DNA of 64,000 nucleotides from an uncultured Pelagibacteraceae bacterium (GTDB lineage: Bacteria; Pseudomonadota; Alphaproteobacteria; Pelagibacterales; Pelagibacteraceae), in NCBI GenBank assembly GCA_902627935.1, contig CACOLA010000003.1, positions 93,171 to 157,170 on the forward strand, in the 5' to 3' direction. Position 1 is the first letter of the stretch; each line of letters opens with the position of its first letter. Positions 41,973 through 53,220 of this stretch are shown piece by piece. The notes beneath the pieces are model-generated. The model did not search any database. It was given only the letters and a program-made list of their open reading frames with translations, and had not been told where the DNA came from. A program made the translations under genes and the position numbers.

Positions 41973-42533
41973 TTATTTCATCTTGTTAATTGGTGAAAAA
42001 GTTTTTCGATGATGAGTTGTAATACCCAGATTTTTTATTGCTCTTAGATGTTGCTTAGTTCCATAGCCATAATTTTTATCCCAATAATACCCTTGAATTT
42101 TTTTTCCAAGGGTAGAAACCATTTTATCACGCGTAACTTTTGCAATAATAGATGCTGCAGAAATTGACGGTATTTTTTGGTCGCCTTTGATTACACAGTT
42201 AAGCTTATAGTTTTTAATATAAGGTAATTTATTTCCATCTATTAAGACAAGTGAAGGTTTTTTTTTCAATTTTATGATTGCCCTTTTCATAGCGAGTAAA
42301 CTAGCTTGCAATATATTCATTTTTTCAATTTCTTTGACTGTAGCCTTACCAATCGCCCAAGTAGAATTTTTTTTAATATATTTTGCCAAAATTTCTCGTT
42401 TAGATTTTGTTAATTTTTTCGAGTCTTGTAATACTTTTTTATCTAAAGATTTATTCAATATCACTGCTGCTGCATAGACTGGTCCTATTAAACTTCCTCT
42501 ACCAACTTCATCAACACCAGCAATTTTTTTCAT
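41973..42533 (-). CDS. rnhB: ribonuclease HII
   Basis: AGVDEVGRG, DSKKL, IDGN, KGD, AASIIAKV.RD and GYGT motifs. Confidence 0.97.
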   Translation of the reverse strand: MKKIAGVDEVGRGSLIGPVYAAAVILNKSLDKKVLQDSKKLTKSKREILAKYIKKNSTWAIGKATVKEIEKMNILQASLLAMKRAIIKLKKKPSLVLIDGNKLPYIKNYKLNCVIKGDQKIPSISAASIIAKVTRDKMVSTLGKKIQGYYWDKNYGYGTKQHLRAIKNLGITTHHRKTFSPINKMK

Positions 42534-43222
42534 TAAATTTGAATTTTTAAATCTAATATTTTTTGTTTAATCTTTTTAAGATCTTCCCAAGAAAATTTTT
42601 TGTTTTCTGGAAATCTAATTAAATAAGATGGGCTAAAAGTTGTCATCAATGGATAAGTTTTATTTTTTAAAATTATTTCTTTCCATTTACCTCTTTCTTG
42701 AGAGATTTTTTGATTTGAGGAGATTACTGCTTCCATAGCCGTACTTCCTAATAAAATTATTATTTTCGGATCTATGATTGAAATATGATCTTTTAAAAAT
42801 TTAGAATATCTTTTGATTTCTTGAGATGTAGGTTTTCTATCCTCAGGTGTTCTAAAATTAATAGCATAAGAACAGTAAAGATCTTTTTTTTTTAGATTAA
42901 TTGCTAAAAGCATTTTTTCCAACAATTCGCCAGAATCCCCCTGAAAAGTTTTCTTAGCTCTCTCTTCTTCTGCACCTGGAGCTTCACCAATTATCATAAT
43001 TGGGCTATTAATATTTCCATCTCCAAATATTAAAATTGAGGAATTATCATTTAGTTTACAATTTTGAATTGAATTTATATCTTTTTTAAGCTCATTAATT
43101 TTATTAATTTTATCGTAATTTTTTAAAACCTGAGTCTCTTTAACTTTAATTCTGTTTAAAGGAGATTTACTGAAAATAAAATTAGTCCCTATTGTTTCTA
43201 TTAATTCTTCCTTATATGACAT
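42533..43222 (-). CDS. uracil-DNA glycosylase family 4-like protein
   Basis: FGDGN, IGEAPG..E, F.G.SG.LL..ML and R.PT..EI motifs; several catalytic and Fe-S residues appear altered. Confidence 0.8.
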   Translation of the reverse strand: MSYKEELIETIGTNFIFSKSPLNRIKVKETQVLKNYDKINKINELKKDINSIQNCKLNDNSSILIFGDGNINSPIMIIGEAPGAEEERAKKTFQGDSGELLEKMLLAINLKKKDLYCSYAINFRTPEDRKPTSQEIKRYSKFLKDHISIIDPKIIILLGSTAMEAVISSNQKISQERGKWKEIILKNKTYPLMTTFSPSYLIRFPENKKFSWEDLKKIKQKILDLKIQI

Positions 43223-43256
43223 ATCCTGGTTAAAAGATTTTTTTTAATATCATTTT

Positions 43257-44942
43257 ATGTACAAAAAAAAAATTATAATTTATATACTTATTTCATTATT
43301 GTATCAGACCTCTCTATTATCTAAAAGTAATACTTTTAATGAGTTAGATGCAAAAAATTTATCAAAATATTTTTCAGGAATAGTAGCTTTTGAAAATAAA
43401 AATAATTCAGACGCATTAAATTTTTTTAAATCGTCTAAAATATTAATTAGTCAACACGATTCATATTTAAAAAATTTTGTAATCACATTGGTTTTAGAAG
43501 GAGATGTATCTCAAGCTATTAATGTTATAAAAACTAATGGCAAAAAAAATAATTCAGATTTTTTTGAGGCATATATTTTGCTAGCTTCAGATAGCATTAA
43601 AAGAAACAATATTGATAAAGCAATTAATACTCTTGCTGAGGTTAAAGAGTATCATAAAAACGATAATTTAAATTCAATTGTTATTAGAACACTTGAAGAG
43701 TATCTAAATGTCTTTAAAAATAAGGAAATTCGAGATGTAAATAATAATTTTGGAAATTTATCCAAAATATCAGAGACATTTCAGAGATGTTACTTGGACG
43801 ATAAATCTACAAAATCTCTTTTTTTAAATTTAATCAATAATACTCAAGCGGACTATACAAGATATATATATTTCTATTTAACTTATCTATTAGAAAAAAA
43901 TCAAGTACAGGAAGCAAAGTCTTTAACAGAGGAATTAAATTATATAAATTCAACTTTATTACTTTCCCAAGGAAAAAGCTGGTTAGAAAATGGTGAATAC
44001 AGTGAGTTTGGCAAAATTTTTTCATGCAAAAATCAGAATGATTTAATAGGAGAATTTTTATTTTTGATTTCTAATCTTTATTCATCTCAAAATGATTTTG
44101 AAAACTCAAATTTTTATTTAAGCTTATCTAATTATTTAAATCCTAAGTTTGTATTCAATTTATCCTTGGTTGCTGAAAATTCATACATAAATAAAAATTA
44201 TGATAAATCTAAAGAAATTTTAAAAATTTTTGGTAAAGATAAAAATTTCTATTATTGGTATAGATCAAAAAAAGAAGCTCAGATTATTATAAAAACCAAG
44301 AGCCAAGAAGAGGGTTTAAAGTATATTGTTTCTAAGTTTGAAAATATAAAAAATCCAAATCATAAATTTTTGTTTGACCTGGCAAATTTTTATAAAAATT
44401 CAAAAAAATTTGATCAAGCAATAAAATATTATACAATGGTCCTAGATTCTTTAAATGAAGATGACGACATTAAAGCAGAATTATTATATAGAAGGGGTGG
44501 TAGTTTTGAGAGACTTAATCAATTTGAAAGTGCTGATCAAGATTTAATTAATTCATTAAAAATTGATCCAGATAATGCCTACGTTTTAAATTATTTAGCT
44601 TATTCTTGGCTTGAACGAAACTATAAAATCAGTGAAGCAATAATAATGCTTGAGAAAGCATATGACCTAGAAAGTGATGACCCTTATATAATTGATTCAA
44701 TAGGATGGGCTTATTATTTAATTGATGATTTTGATAAAGCTGAAAAATTTTTGAATAGAGCAATTCAATTGATGCCAGAAGATCCAATTGTAAATGATCA
44801 TTACGGAGACATACTTTGGAAAATGAACAGAAAATTGCAGGCAAGATATTTTTGGAAAATGGTTTTACTAATGAAAGATGCTGAGCAAGAATTAAAAAAT
44901 AATATTAAAAATAAATTAATTGATGGACCTAAAAGCTCCTAA
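43257..44942 (+). CDS. exported TPR-repeat protein
   Basis: Signal peptide; C-terminal TPRs with LNYLAYSW, IIDSIGW and DHYGD..W; conserved position upstream of ispE. Confidence 0.85.
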   Translation: MYKKKIIIYILISLLYQTSLLSKSNTFNELDAKNLSKYFSGIVAFENKNNSDALNFFKSSKILISQHDSYLKNFVITLVLEGDVSQAINVIKTNGKKNNSDFFEAYILLASDSIKRNNIDKAINTLAEVKEYHKNDNLNSIVIRTLEEYLNVFKNKEIRDVNNNFGNLSKISETFQRCYLDDKSTKSLFLNLINNTQADYTRYIYFYLTYLLEKNQVQEAKSLTEELNYINSTLLLSQGKSWLENGEYSEFGKIFSCKNQNDLIGEFLFLISNLYSSQNDFENSNFYLSLSNYLNPKFVFNLSLVAENSYINKNYDKSKEILKIFGKDKNFYYWYRSKKEAQIIIKTKSQEEGLKYIVSKFENIKNPNHKFLFDLANFYKNSKKFDQAIKYYTMVLDSLNEDDDIKAELLYRRGGSFERLNQFESADQDLINSLKIDPDNAYVLNYLAYSWLERNYKISEAIIMLEKAYDLESDDPYIIDSIGWAYYLIDDFDKAEKFLNRAIQLMPEDPIVNDHYGDILWKMNRKLQARYFWKMVLLMKDAEQELKNNIKNKLIDGPKSS

Positions 44943-45781
44943 TGAGATATCATAATATCAAATCTCATGCAAAAATAAATTTAGCTTTAAATATAGTTGG
45001 AAAAAAAAAAAAGTTACACAAAATAGAAAGTGTAATTAGTTTCCTAGATCTTCATGATGAAATATCAATAAAAAAAATTAAAAAAGAACATCATAAAATT
45101 CAATTTACTGGTGAATTTTCCTCTTCTGTGAAAGTTGAAAATACAGTATCAAAATTACTTAACATAATTGATAAGAAAAAATTACTTAAAGATAAATTTC
45201 AAATAGTAATTAAAAAAAATATACCTCCCAAAGCTGGACTTGGTGGTGGATCAATGAATGCTTCGAGTATTTTAAATTTTTTAAGTAAAAAAAGTTTTAT
45301 AAAGTTATCCAAAAAAGAAATTATAAATATATCAGACTTAATTGGGTCTGATGTTAAATTAGGTATTCATTCAAGAAATTTAATATTGAGATCAAATAAT
45401 ACCATTAAAACCTTCCCAAAAAAAAGAATTTTTGTGTTAATAGTTAAACCTAATTTTGGATGCTCTACTAAAAAGATTTATTCTAAAGTTAAAAAATTCT
45501 CAAAAGCCAAATTCAATAAAAGTAAAAAAAGGATGTTCAATTTTGATTATTTAAAAAAATATAAAAATGATCTAGAATTAATTGCATTCAATAACCATCC
45601 AAAATTAAAAATTTTAAAAAATTTTTTAGAAAAAATATCAGATATTGAATTTGTTAGAATGACTGGGTCCGGCTCAGCGATAGTTGCTTATTTTAACTCC
45701 GATAAAAAGTGTGACGAGATAGCAAAAAAAGTAAAAAAAAAATTTAAAAATTGCTGGTGTAAAATATCAAAAACTATATAA
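44942..45781 (+). CDS. ispE: 4-diphosphocytidyl-2-C-methyl-D-erythritol kinase
   Basis: AKINLAL, K.IP..AGLGGGS, GSDV, NDLE and MTGSGS motifs. Confidence 0.93.
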   Translation: MRYHNIKSHAKINLALNIVGKKKKLHKIESVISFLDLHDEISIKKIKKEHHKIQFTGEFSSSVKVENTVSKLLNIIDKKKLLKDKFQIVIKKNIPPKAGLGGGSMNASSILNFLSKKSFIKLSKKEIINISDLIGSDVKLGIHSRNLILRSNNTIKTFPKKRIFVLIVKPNFGCSTKKIYSKVKKFSKAKFNKSKKRMFNFDYLKKYKNDLELIAFNNHPKLKILKNFLEKISDIEFVRMTGSGSAIVAYFNSDKKCDEIAKKVKKKFKNCWCKISKTI

Positions 45782-45814
45782 ATTTATTCTTTTTGTGTTA
45801 TACGAATATAATGT

Positions 45815-45888
45815 TGGGGCGTAGCCAAGCGGTAAGGCACGGGTTTTTGGTACCTGCATCCTAGGTTCGAATCCTAGCGCCCCAGCCA
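45815..45888 (+). tRNA. tRNA-Gln (UUG), CCA encoded
   Basis: Acceptor stem TGGGGCG/CGCCCCA; anticodon arm CGGGT-TTTTGGT-ACCTG; GGTTCGAATCC T-arm; 3' GCCA. Confidence 0.96.
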
Positions 45889-45892
45889 AAAT

Positions 45893-47167
45893 ATGATTAA
45901 TTTAATAGATAAATTTATTAAAAGATCTAACAATTTGGATTATGTAGCGAAAGCTATCAAAAACTTATCAAAAGACACGCCAGTAAAAAAAATTTTTGAA
46001 GCGATTAATAAATTTTCACCAAAGAGTGAAATAAGGTATGTGGGTGGTTGTATTAGAAAAATTATCAGAAAAGAAACAGTTAGTGATATTGACCTTGCAA
46101 CAAATTTAGATCCTCAAGAAGTTTGTAATGCTCTGAAAGATAACAAAATTAATTATCATGAAACTGGATTAGCTTATGGAACTGTGACTGCGATTATAGA
46201 TGATTATACATTTGAAATTACAACATTAAGGGAAGATTATGATACAGATGGCAGACATGCAAAAGTTAAATTTTCTAATGATTGGAAAAAAGATGCTTCT
46301 AGAAGAGATTTTACAATTAATTCTATTTATTCAGATATCGAGGGAAATTTATTTGACCCATTTAATGGAAGATATGATTTAGAAAAAGGATTAGTAAAAT
46401 TTATTGGAGATCCAGAATTAAGAATTAAAGAAGATTACTTGAGAATACTTCGTTACCTAAGATTTTTTTTAGCTTATTCAAAAGATAAGCATAATTCAAG
46501 ATTATCTAAATTAATTAAAAAAAATATTACAGGTTTATCAAGTTTATCTAAAGAGAGATTATTAGATGAATTAAAAAAATTTTTTAGTTCAAATATCATG
46601 ACAGAACTCTCAAATGATAAATTTTCAGTCGAATTATTTGAATATATTTTTCCTCAAATTAAAAAAATAAAATATTTTTCTAAACCAAATACATTTGCTA
46701 AAATTAAGTTAAAAGAGGCAGACTTTATTTTTTTACTCTCAATTTTGATAATTGATGGATCAGATAATGTTGATTATTTCATATATAAATTTAATATTTC
46801 AAAGCGAGATCAAAAACGTCTTAAGGTAATTGATAATTTTCATAAAGATGAAAAATCTTCAAAGAATTTATCAGAAAAAAATTTAAACAAAATTTTCTAT
46901 TATCATGGAAAACAGTCAGTAATTGATGTTATAAGTTATAAGTTATTCAAATTGAAAAAAGTTGATAAAAAAACCTTAAATTTAATTGACCAATTTAAAT
47001 CAAAAATTATACCAAATATTCCTATAAGTGCAAAAATTTTAATGGAAAGGTACAATATTCCAGAGGGAAAAAGCTTAGGGATTAAACTTAAGAAAATAGA
47101 AGAAGAATGGATAAATAATAATTTTAATATTTCTGAAAAACAAATATCTAAAATTGTTAGTCATTAA
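45893..47167 (+). CDS. cca: CCA tRNA nucleotidyltransferase (class II)
   Basis: VGGC.R, DIDLAT, EITTLR.D..TDGRHA, RRDFTIN and EDYLRILR motifs. Confidence 0.9.
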   Translation: MINLIDKFIKRSNNLDYVAKAIKNLSKDTPVKKIFEAINKFSPKSEIRYVGGCIRKIIRKETVSDIDLATNLDPQEVCNALKDNKINYHETGLAYGTVTAIIDDYTFEITTLREDYDTDGRHAKVKFSNDWKKDASRRDFTINSIYSDIEGNLFDPFNGRYDLEKGLVKFIGDPELRIKEDYLRILRYLRFFLAYSKDKHNSRLSKLIKKNITGLSSLSKERLLDELKKFFSSNIMTELSNDKFSVELFEYIFPQIKKIKYFSKPNTFAKIKLKEADFIFLLSILIIDGSDNVDYFIYKFNISKRDQKRLKVIDNFHKDEKSSKNLSEKNLNKIFYYHGKQSVIDVISYKLFKLKKVDKKTLNLIDQFKSKIIPNIPISAKILMERYNIPEGKSLGIKLKKIEEEWINNNFNISEKQISKIVSH

Positions 47168-47640
47168 ATATATTTAACATCTTTAATTTCAAAATTCTTT
47201 GTCCCAGCAGGAGTATGTATTTCAACAAGGTCACTTTTGTTTTTTCCTATAAGGCCTTTGCCTATAGGTGATTGGAAAAATATTAGTTTTTGTTTTAAAT
47301 CAGCCTCGTCTTTTCCCACAATTTTATAATTAATTTTTTCACCTGTATCTAAGTTTTCTAAATAAACAGTTGAGCCAAAAATTACTTTACCATCATTGTT
47401 TAATTTGGTTACATCAATTACATTAGCTCTTGCTATTATATCGTTGATTTCTGTTATTCGTCCCTCGTTATGAGATTGTTCTTCTTTAGCAGCATGATAC
47501 TCAGCATTTTCTTTAAGATCTCCATGGGATCTGGCCTCAGCTATTGCTGCTACTATTTCTGGTCTTTTCTTTTCTTTTAAGAAAATTAATTCTTCTTTTA
47601 ATTTTTCTAGACCATTAATTGTTATTGGCTCCTTGTGCAT
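47164..47640 (-). CDS. greA: transcription elongation factor GreA
   Basis: [17 protein letters not shown] and SPIGKGLIG motifs. Confidence 0.97.
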   Translation of the reverse strand: MHKEPITINGLEKLKEELIFLKEKKRPEIVAAIAEARSHGDLKENAEYHAAKEEQSHNEGRITEINDIIARANVIDVTKLNNDGKVIFGSTVYLENLDTGEKINYKIVGKDEADLKQKLIFFQSPIGKGLIGKNKSDLVEIHTPAGTKNFEIKDVKYI

Positions 47641-48468
47641 TTATTTCCATTTCGCCAATGGAGGAAGTGACATTAAAATTCCTTCAACATTTCCATCAGT
47701 TTGTAATCCAAATTTTGTTCCTCTGTCATATAATAAATTGAATTCAGTATATCTACCTCTTTTAATGTATTGATTTTCCTTATCTTTAATAGACCATTTT
47801 TTTTTTAATTTTTTTTTGATTATTTCATTAAATATCATTTGAAAAGTAGTGCCAACATCTCTGACGAATCTAAAATCTTTTTCAAAATCATCCTTCTTGT
47901 AATCAAAAAAAATTCCACCTATACCCCTTGCTTCTTTCCTGTGTGGTAAATAAAAATATTCATCACACCATTTCTTATATTTTGTGTAATAATATTTATT
48001 ATGACGATTACACATTTTTTTTAATGTCAGATGAAAATTTTTTTTCTCTAATAAATCTTTTTTTGATGGTGTTACATCCATTCCTCCACCAAACCATTGT
48101 TGAGTAGTAGAAATATATCTGGTATTAAAATGCATCGCTGGTATCAAAGGATTTTTCATATGCATAACAACTGATATTCCAGTTGCCCAAAATCTAGGAT
48201 CTTTTTTTGCACCTAAGATATTCTTTTGAAATTTCTTTGGAAACTTTCCATAAACTTTTGAAAAATTCACACCTACTTTTTCAAACACTTTCCCGTTTTT
48301 TAATATTCTGTATTCACCACCACCTTCATCTTTTTTAAGATTTTTTTTCCAGATAGTTGTTTTGAAGCTTTTTTGATTATTTTCTAAATTTAGAATATCT
48401 ATACAAATTGCCTGTTGTAATAACTTAAACCAATTACTAGTTAAATCTTTTTTAATTTCTAAGTCCAT
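47641..48468 (-). CDS. hemF: oxygen-dependent coproporphyrinogen III oxidase
   Basis: FEKVGVNFS, HFNTR, WFGGG.D.TP, CDEYF..HR.E.RG.GG and EFNLLYDRGT.FGL motifs; ATG at 48468 preferred. Confidence 0.96.
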   Translation of the reverse strand: MDLEIKKDLTSNWFKLLQQAICIDILNLENNQKSFKTTIWKKNLKKDEGGGEYRILKNGKVFEKVGVNFSKVYGKFPKKFQKNILGAKKDPRFWATGISVVMHMKNPLIPAMHFNTRYISTTQQWFGGGMDVTPSKKDLLEKKNFHLTLKKMCNRHNKYYYTKYKKWCDEYFYLPHRKEARGIGGIFFDYKKDDFEKDFRFVRDVGTTFQMIFNEIIKKKLKKKWSIKDKENQYIKRGRYTEFNLLYDRGTKFGLQTDGNVEGILMSLPPLAKWK

Positions 48469-48932
48469 TTTGTTTGTTTTAAACATTCTGCTAAAATAAT
48501 TGCAACAGATGATGCTAAATTTAAAGATCTTTTGTCACTTTCCATAGGTATTTTTAATTTATTCTTTATAATTTCATGTACTTTTTTTGGCACACCAGCA
48601 CTTTCACGTCCAAATAAAATAGTATCATTTTTTTTAAACTTAAATTCAGAATATGAAACAGATGCTTTAGTTGTCATTAATACAATTCGCTCATTTCGCT
48701 TGACGTTAAAAAATAGCTCTGCACTTTGATAAAAGTTGATATCTTTTTCATCCATATAATCCATCACAACCCTCTTAAATCTTTTGTCAGACATTAAAAA
48801 TCCGCATGGCTCAATTATTTCAAGTTTTGCACCAAGACAGGCACAAGTTCTTATTATTGCTGCAGTATTTTGAGGAATATCAGGTTCAAATAAAGCAATT
48901 TTTGGGCCTACATTCTTAGCTTTATGTGTCAT
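48459..48932 (-). CDS. trmL: tRNA (cytidine/uridine-34 2'-O)-methyltransferase
   Basis: PDIPQNT, IEPCGF, FGRESAG.P and IPM...RSLNL motifs. Confidence 0.92.
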   Translation of the reverse strand: MTHKAKNVGPKIALFEPDIPQNTAAIIRTCACLGAKLEIIEPCGFLMSDKRFKRVVMDYMDEKDINFYQSAELFFNVKRNERIVLMTTKASVSYSEFKFKKNDTILFGRESAGVPKKVHEIIKNKLKIPMESDKRSLNLASSVAIILAECLKQTKWT

Positions 48933-49020
48933 TCTTTCAGTAGAAAAATAATACTTTTTTATTATATGTAATCATATATTAACAATCTAAATCTATATAT
49001 AGAATTATACAAAATTGAAA

Positions 49021-49533
49021 ATGCCTGAAAAAGAAACAAAAAAAAGAAGAGATTTTTTATTCACAGCTACCTATGCTGTTGGAGCAGTAGGCGTAGGAGC
49101 GGTTGTTTGGCCAATGATAGATCAAATGAACCCAGATGCATCCGTAAAAGCCTTGGCAAGCACAGAAGTAGATGTAAGCACAGTTAATCCAGGTAATACC
49201 ATTACTGTATTATGGAGGGGTAAACCAGTTTTTATAAGAAGAAGAACACAGGATGAAATTGCTGAAGCAAAATCCGTAAGCATGAAAGAGTTGAAACATC
49301 CCGAAAAAGATGAGGACCGTGCAAAAAATCCTGAATGGCTAGTAATGCTTGGAGTTTGTACTCACTTAGGATGTGTTCCTCTGGATCAAAAAGGTGATTA
49401 TAATGGATGGTTCTGCCCATGTCATGGTTCTCATTATGATATTTCTGGAAGGATTAGAAAAGGTCCTGCGCCCACAAATATGGAAATACCAGAATATAAG
49501 TTTGTTGATGCTAACACTATTAAAATTGGATAA
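49021..49533 (+). CDS. petA: ubiquinol-cytochrome c reductase Rieske Fe-S subunit
   Basis: Tat motif RRDFL; CTHLGC and CPCHGS. Confidence 0.98.
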   Translation: MPEKETKKRRDFLFTATYAVGAVGVGAVVWPMIDQMNPDASVKALASTEVDVSTVNPGNTITVLWRGKPVFIRRRTQDEIAEAKSVSMKELKHPEKDEDRAKNPEWLVMLGVCTHLGCVPLDQKGDYNGWFCPCHGSHYDISGRIRKGPAPTNMEIPEYKFVDANTIKIG

Positions 49534-49538
49534 TTATT

Positions 49539-50804
49539 ATGAGTGAACATGAATATACCCCAAAATCAAAAGTAGGAAAATGGTTTAATGATAGATTACC
49601 ACTGCTCACGTTAGCAAATCATTTAACAGATTATCCAACTCCGAAAAATCTAAACTATTGGTGGACCTTTGGTGGAATTCTTACCTTTTGTTTAATTACC
49701 CAAATAGTAACTGGTTTAGTTTTAGCAATGCATTACATAGCTCATGCTGACATGGCTTTTGAAAGTGTTGAACACATAATGAGAGATGTAAATTATGGAT
49801 GGTTGATAAGATATATACATGCAAATGGAGCTTCAATGTTTTTTTTAGCAGTGTATATTCATATTTTTAGATCATTATTCTATGGTTCATATAAATCACC
49901 TAGAGAGATTATCTGGATTATTGGTATCATAATTTATCTTCTAATGATGGCTGCAGCATTTTTGGGTTATGTTCTTCCATGGGGTCAAATGAGCTTTTGG
50001 GGAGCGACTGTTATTACAAATTTATTCAGTGCAATTCCTCTAGTAGGTGAGGGAATAGTAACATGGCTATGGGGAGGATACTCAGTAGATAATCCAACTC
50101 TTACAAGGTTTTTTACCCTACACTACTTAATTCCATTTTTAATTTTAGGTCTCGTTGTTTTACATATATGGGCTCTTCATGTACCTGGGAATAACAACCC
50201 AATAGGTATTGATATTAAAAAACCATCAAAAGACACTGTTCCATTTCATCCATATATTGTCATTAAAGATGGTTTTGCTTTACTGATGTTTATGATTGTT
50301 TTTGCTTTTTTTGTTTTTTATACACCAAACATTTTAGGTCACGCTGATAATTATATTGAAGCAAATCCATTAGTAACTCCAGCACATATAGTGCCAGAAT
50401 GGTATTTATTACCTTTCTATGCAATCCTTAGATCTGTTCCGGATAAACTTTTAGGTGTTATAGCGATGTTATCTGCAATTCTAATATTAGCAGCACTTCC
50501 TTGGTTAGACACATCAAAAATTAGATCTGCAGTTTTCAGACCTTTATACAAACAGTTTTATTGGATCTTAGTCGCTGATGTTTTAATTTTAGGATATGTT
50601 GGAGCTATGCCAGCAGAGGGTCTTTATTTATTAATTGCAAGGGTAGCAACAGCTTATTATTTTTTACATTTTTTAGTTGTGCTTCCAGTTTTGGGTTTTA
50701 AAGAGAGAACTATGCCTGTTCCTTTAAGTATAACAGAACCTATTCTAGGTGGGTCACCAAATTTAGCTACTGTAAAAAATAAGGACGGCCTTAAAAATCA
50801 GTGA
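49539..50804 (+). CDS. petB: cytochrome b
   Basis: [24 protein letters not shown] and PEWY motifs. Confidence 0.98.
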   Translation: MSEHEYTPKSKVGKWFNDRLPLLTLANHLTDYPTPKNLNYWWTFGGILTFCLITQIVTGLVLAMHYIAHADMAFESVEHIMRDVNYGWLIRYIHANGASMFFLAVYIHIFRSLFYGSYKSPREIIWIIGIIIYLLMMAAAFLGYVLPWGQMSFWGATVITNLFSAIPLVGEGIVTWLWGGYSVDNPTLTRFFTLHYLIPFLILGLVVLHIWALHVPGNNNPIGIDIKKPSKDTVPFHPYIVIKDGFALLMFMIVFAFFVFYTPNILGHADNYIEANPLVTPAHIVPEWYLLPFYAILRSVPDKLLGVIAMLSAILILAALPWLDTSKIRSAVFRPLYKQFYWILVADVLILGYVGAMPAEGLYLLIARVATAYYFLHFLVVLPVLGFKERTMPVPLSITEPILGGSPNLATVKNKDGLKNQ

Positions 50805-51580
50805 AAAATTTATTTAGAATATCATTCTTTGTTATATTTATCCTAATATTTAATATAAATTCTAATGCAGCAGATAAAGTTGAATATTTGAAAACCGAAT
50901 GGAGTTTTAAAGGCCCTTTTGGTAAGTTTGATAGAGCTGCCCTTCAAAGAGGATATCAAGTCTATAATGAAGTTTGTTCTTCGTGTCACTCAATGAAATA
51001 TTTGAGCTATAGAAATTTAGTTCAGCGCGGGGGTCCTGAATTTTCAGAAGCTCAAGCAAAAGCTATAGCCGCATCATTTGAGGTAAAAGATGGACCAAAC
51101 GCAGATGGTGAAATGTTTATGAGACCAGGGAGATTGTCAGATAAATTTGTAATGCCTTACGAAAATGAAAAAGCCGCCCAAGCTGCAAATGGTGGTGCAT
51201 ACCCACCGGATATGACAGTTCTAGTTAAAGCAAGAGGAGGTGGAGTTGATTATATTTATTCACTTCTTCAAGGATACGAAGATCCTCCAGCGGGAGTAAC
51301 TTTAGATGATGGAGTTTATTATAATAAGTTTATGTATGGAAATAAGATTAAAATGTCCAATCAACTTTCTGACGGCTTGGTTGAATATTCAGACGGTACT
51401 GATGCTACTGTAGAGCAAATGGCAAAAGATGTTACTACTTTTTTAATGTGGACTGCTGAACCACATCTAGAAACACGTCACAGAATGGGTTTTAAGGCTA
51501 TTGTTTATTTAATTATTTTAACAGTCTTAGTTTATTTTAGTATGAAAAAAATTTGGTCACGTATTGAAACGAAAGTTTAA
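50801..51580 (+). CDS. petC: cytochrome c1
   Basis: [17 protein letters not shown] and C-terminal TM anchor. Confidence 0.97.
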   Translation: MKNLFRISFFVIFILIFNINSNAADKVEYLKTEWSFKGPFGKFDRAALQRGYQVYNEVCSSCHSMKYLSYRNLVQRGGPEFSEAQAKAIAASFEVKDGPNADGEMFMRPGRLSDKFVMPYENEKAAQAANGGAYPPDMTVLVKARGGGVDYIYSLLQGYEDPPAGVTLDDGVYYNKFMYGNKIKMSNQLSDGLVEYSDGTDATVEQMAKDVTTFLMWTAEPHLETRHRMGFKAIVYLIILTVLVYFSMKKIWSRIETKV

Positions 51581-52630
51581 AACGTCTCCATCTTTTACAA
51601 TATAATCTTTTCCTTCTAATCTCATTTTTCCATTTGCTTTAGAATTAAACCAACCCCCGTTAGAGATAAAATCGTCATAAGCAACAGTTTCTACTTTTAT
51701 AAAGCCTTTTTCAAAATCAGTATGGATCTCACCTGCTGCCTTGGGTGCTGTACAATTTTTTTCTATCGTCCAGGCTCGTGTTTCCTCAGGTCCGGATGTA
51801 AAGTAAGTGTCTAACTCTAAAATTTGGTATCCCTTTTGTATTAACATATTAAGTCCTGTTTGTCTTATACCAATCATTTCCATATAATTCTCGCGTTCCT
51901 CCTTTTCTAATTCATTAATCTGATTTTCTATATCTGCAGACACAATTAGTGTATTTTTATCACTGTATTTTTTTATGAATTTTTCTGTATATTGATTTCC
52001 CTTTTGAACACTTTGTTCATCTACGTTACAAACAAAAATTTTTGGTTTTACTGACAATAATCCACATTGATGAAGAGTTTTTTTACTAAATTGTTCATTT
52101 AAGTTTGAAAGATCTTTATCGTTATTAATACATTCTTGAGTGATTTTTAAAATTTTTAATTGCTCTTCATCTACATTTTTTTTATTATTTTTCTCAAGTC
52201 TTTTTTGAATTGACTCTAAATCAGCCAACATCATTTCTGTTTCAATAATTTCTAAATCTCTAATTGGATCTACGGTAGGGTTAACATTTTGAATATCCTC
52301 AGAATCGAAGCATCTTATCATATGTATTATTGCGTCTACTTCTCTTATGTGAGATAAAAACTTATTTCCTAATCCCTCTCCTTTAGATGCACCTTTTACT
52401 AATCCAGCGATATCAACAAAAGATATAGTTGTATTAATTATTTTTTTTGAATTTGATACTTTTGCAAGGTTATGCAATCTTTCATCTGGTACCAAAACCA
52501 CACCTACATTAGGGTCAATTGTGCAAAATGGGAAATTTGCAGCTTGTGCCTTATTTGAATTTGTTAGGGCATTGAAAAGTGTTGACTTACCAACATTAGG
52601 CAAACCTACTATTCCACACTTAAAACTCAT
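51557..52630 (-). CDS. ychF: redox-regulated ATPase YchF
   Basis: GLPNVGKSTLFN, NFPFCTIDPN, DIAGLV and EGKDYIV.DGD motifs. Confidence 0.98.
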   Translation of the reverse strand: MSFKCGIVGLPNVGKSTLFNALTNSNKAQAANFPFCTIDPNVGVVLVPDERLHNLAKVSNSKKIINTTISFVDIAGLVKGASKGEGLGNKFLSHIREVDAIIHMIRCFDSEDIQNVNPTVDPIRDLEIIETEMMLADLESIQKRLEKNNKKNVDEEQLKILKITQECINNDKDLSNLNEQFSKKTLHQCGLLSVKPKIFVCNVDEQSVQKGNQYTEKFIKKYSDKNTLIVSADIENQINELEKEERENYMEMIGIRQTGLNMLIQKGYQILELDTYFTSGPEETRAWTIEKNCTAPKAAGEIHTDFEKGFIKVETVAYDDFISNGGWFNSKANGKMRLEGKDYIVKDGDVLNFRFNT

Positions 52631-53190
52631 TATTTATTGTTTACAGTACTAGAAAATAAATCTAATTTTTTTTTAATTAGATCTCCAATTGACTCAGTTA
52701 TATTTTCAGAAATTTTATTTATTCCGTTAAGCTCATCTTCATCAAAATTTTGTAAGACGTAGTCGCTAATTTCTATTGGCGTTTTAGGTTTGCCGATACC
52801 AACTCTAACCCTTGAATAATCTTTCCCAATAAATTTATCAATAGAGGCAATTCCATTATGACCTGCACTAGAACCACCAAATTTTGCTTTAATTTTTCCA
52901 AATTCTATATCTAGATCGTCATGGAATACAATTACATCTTCAGCGTCAAATTTAAAATATTCAAGCAACTCACGAATACAAATTCCTGAATTATTCATAA
53001 AAGTTAATGGTTTTATTGCATAAATTTTTTCATTTTCAATGTTACCTGTTGTTAACAAACCTTTAAACTTTGGTTTTTGTTTTGATAGGTTAAATTTCTT
53101 ATTTATTGCGTCAATTATTTTAAAACCAACATTATGTCGATTATTCTCACTATCTGGTGTTGGATTTCCAAGACCTACAAATAAAAGCAT
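52630..53190 (-). CDS. pth: peptidyl-tRNA hydrolase
   Basis: GLGNP, RHNVGF, KP.TFMN.SG, HDDLD and GHNG motifs. Confidence 0.97.
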   Translation of the reverse strand: MLLFVGLGNPTPDSENNRHNVGFKIIDAINKKFNLSKQKPKFKGLLTTGNIENEKIYAIKPLTFMNNSGICIRELLEYFKFDAEDVIVFHDDLDIEFGKIKAKFGGSSAGHNGIASIDKFIGKDYSRVRVGIGKPKTPIEISDYVLQNFDEDELNGINKISENITESIGDLIKKKLDLFSSTVNNK

Positions 53191-53220
53191 AAATTTTAGT
53201 AGAATTTAAATTTCAATTAA

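Noticed and set aside
45815-45900. tRNA as an integration site for an island or prophage
   Set aside because: No integrase and no duplicated tRNA 3' end were noticed, and the flanks are core genes.
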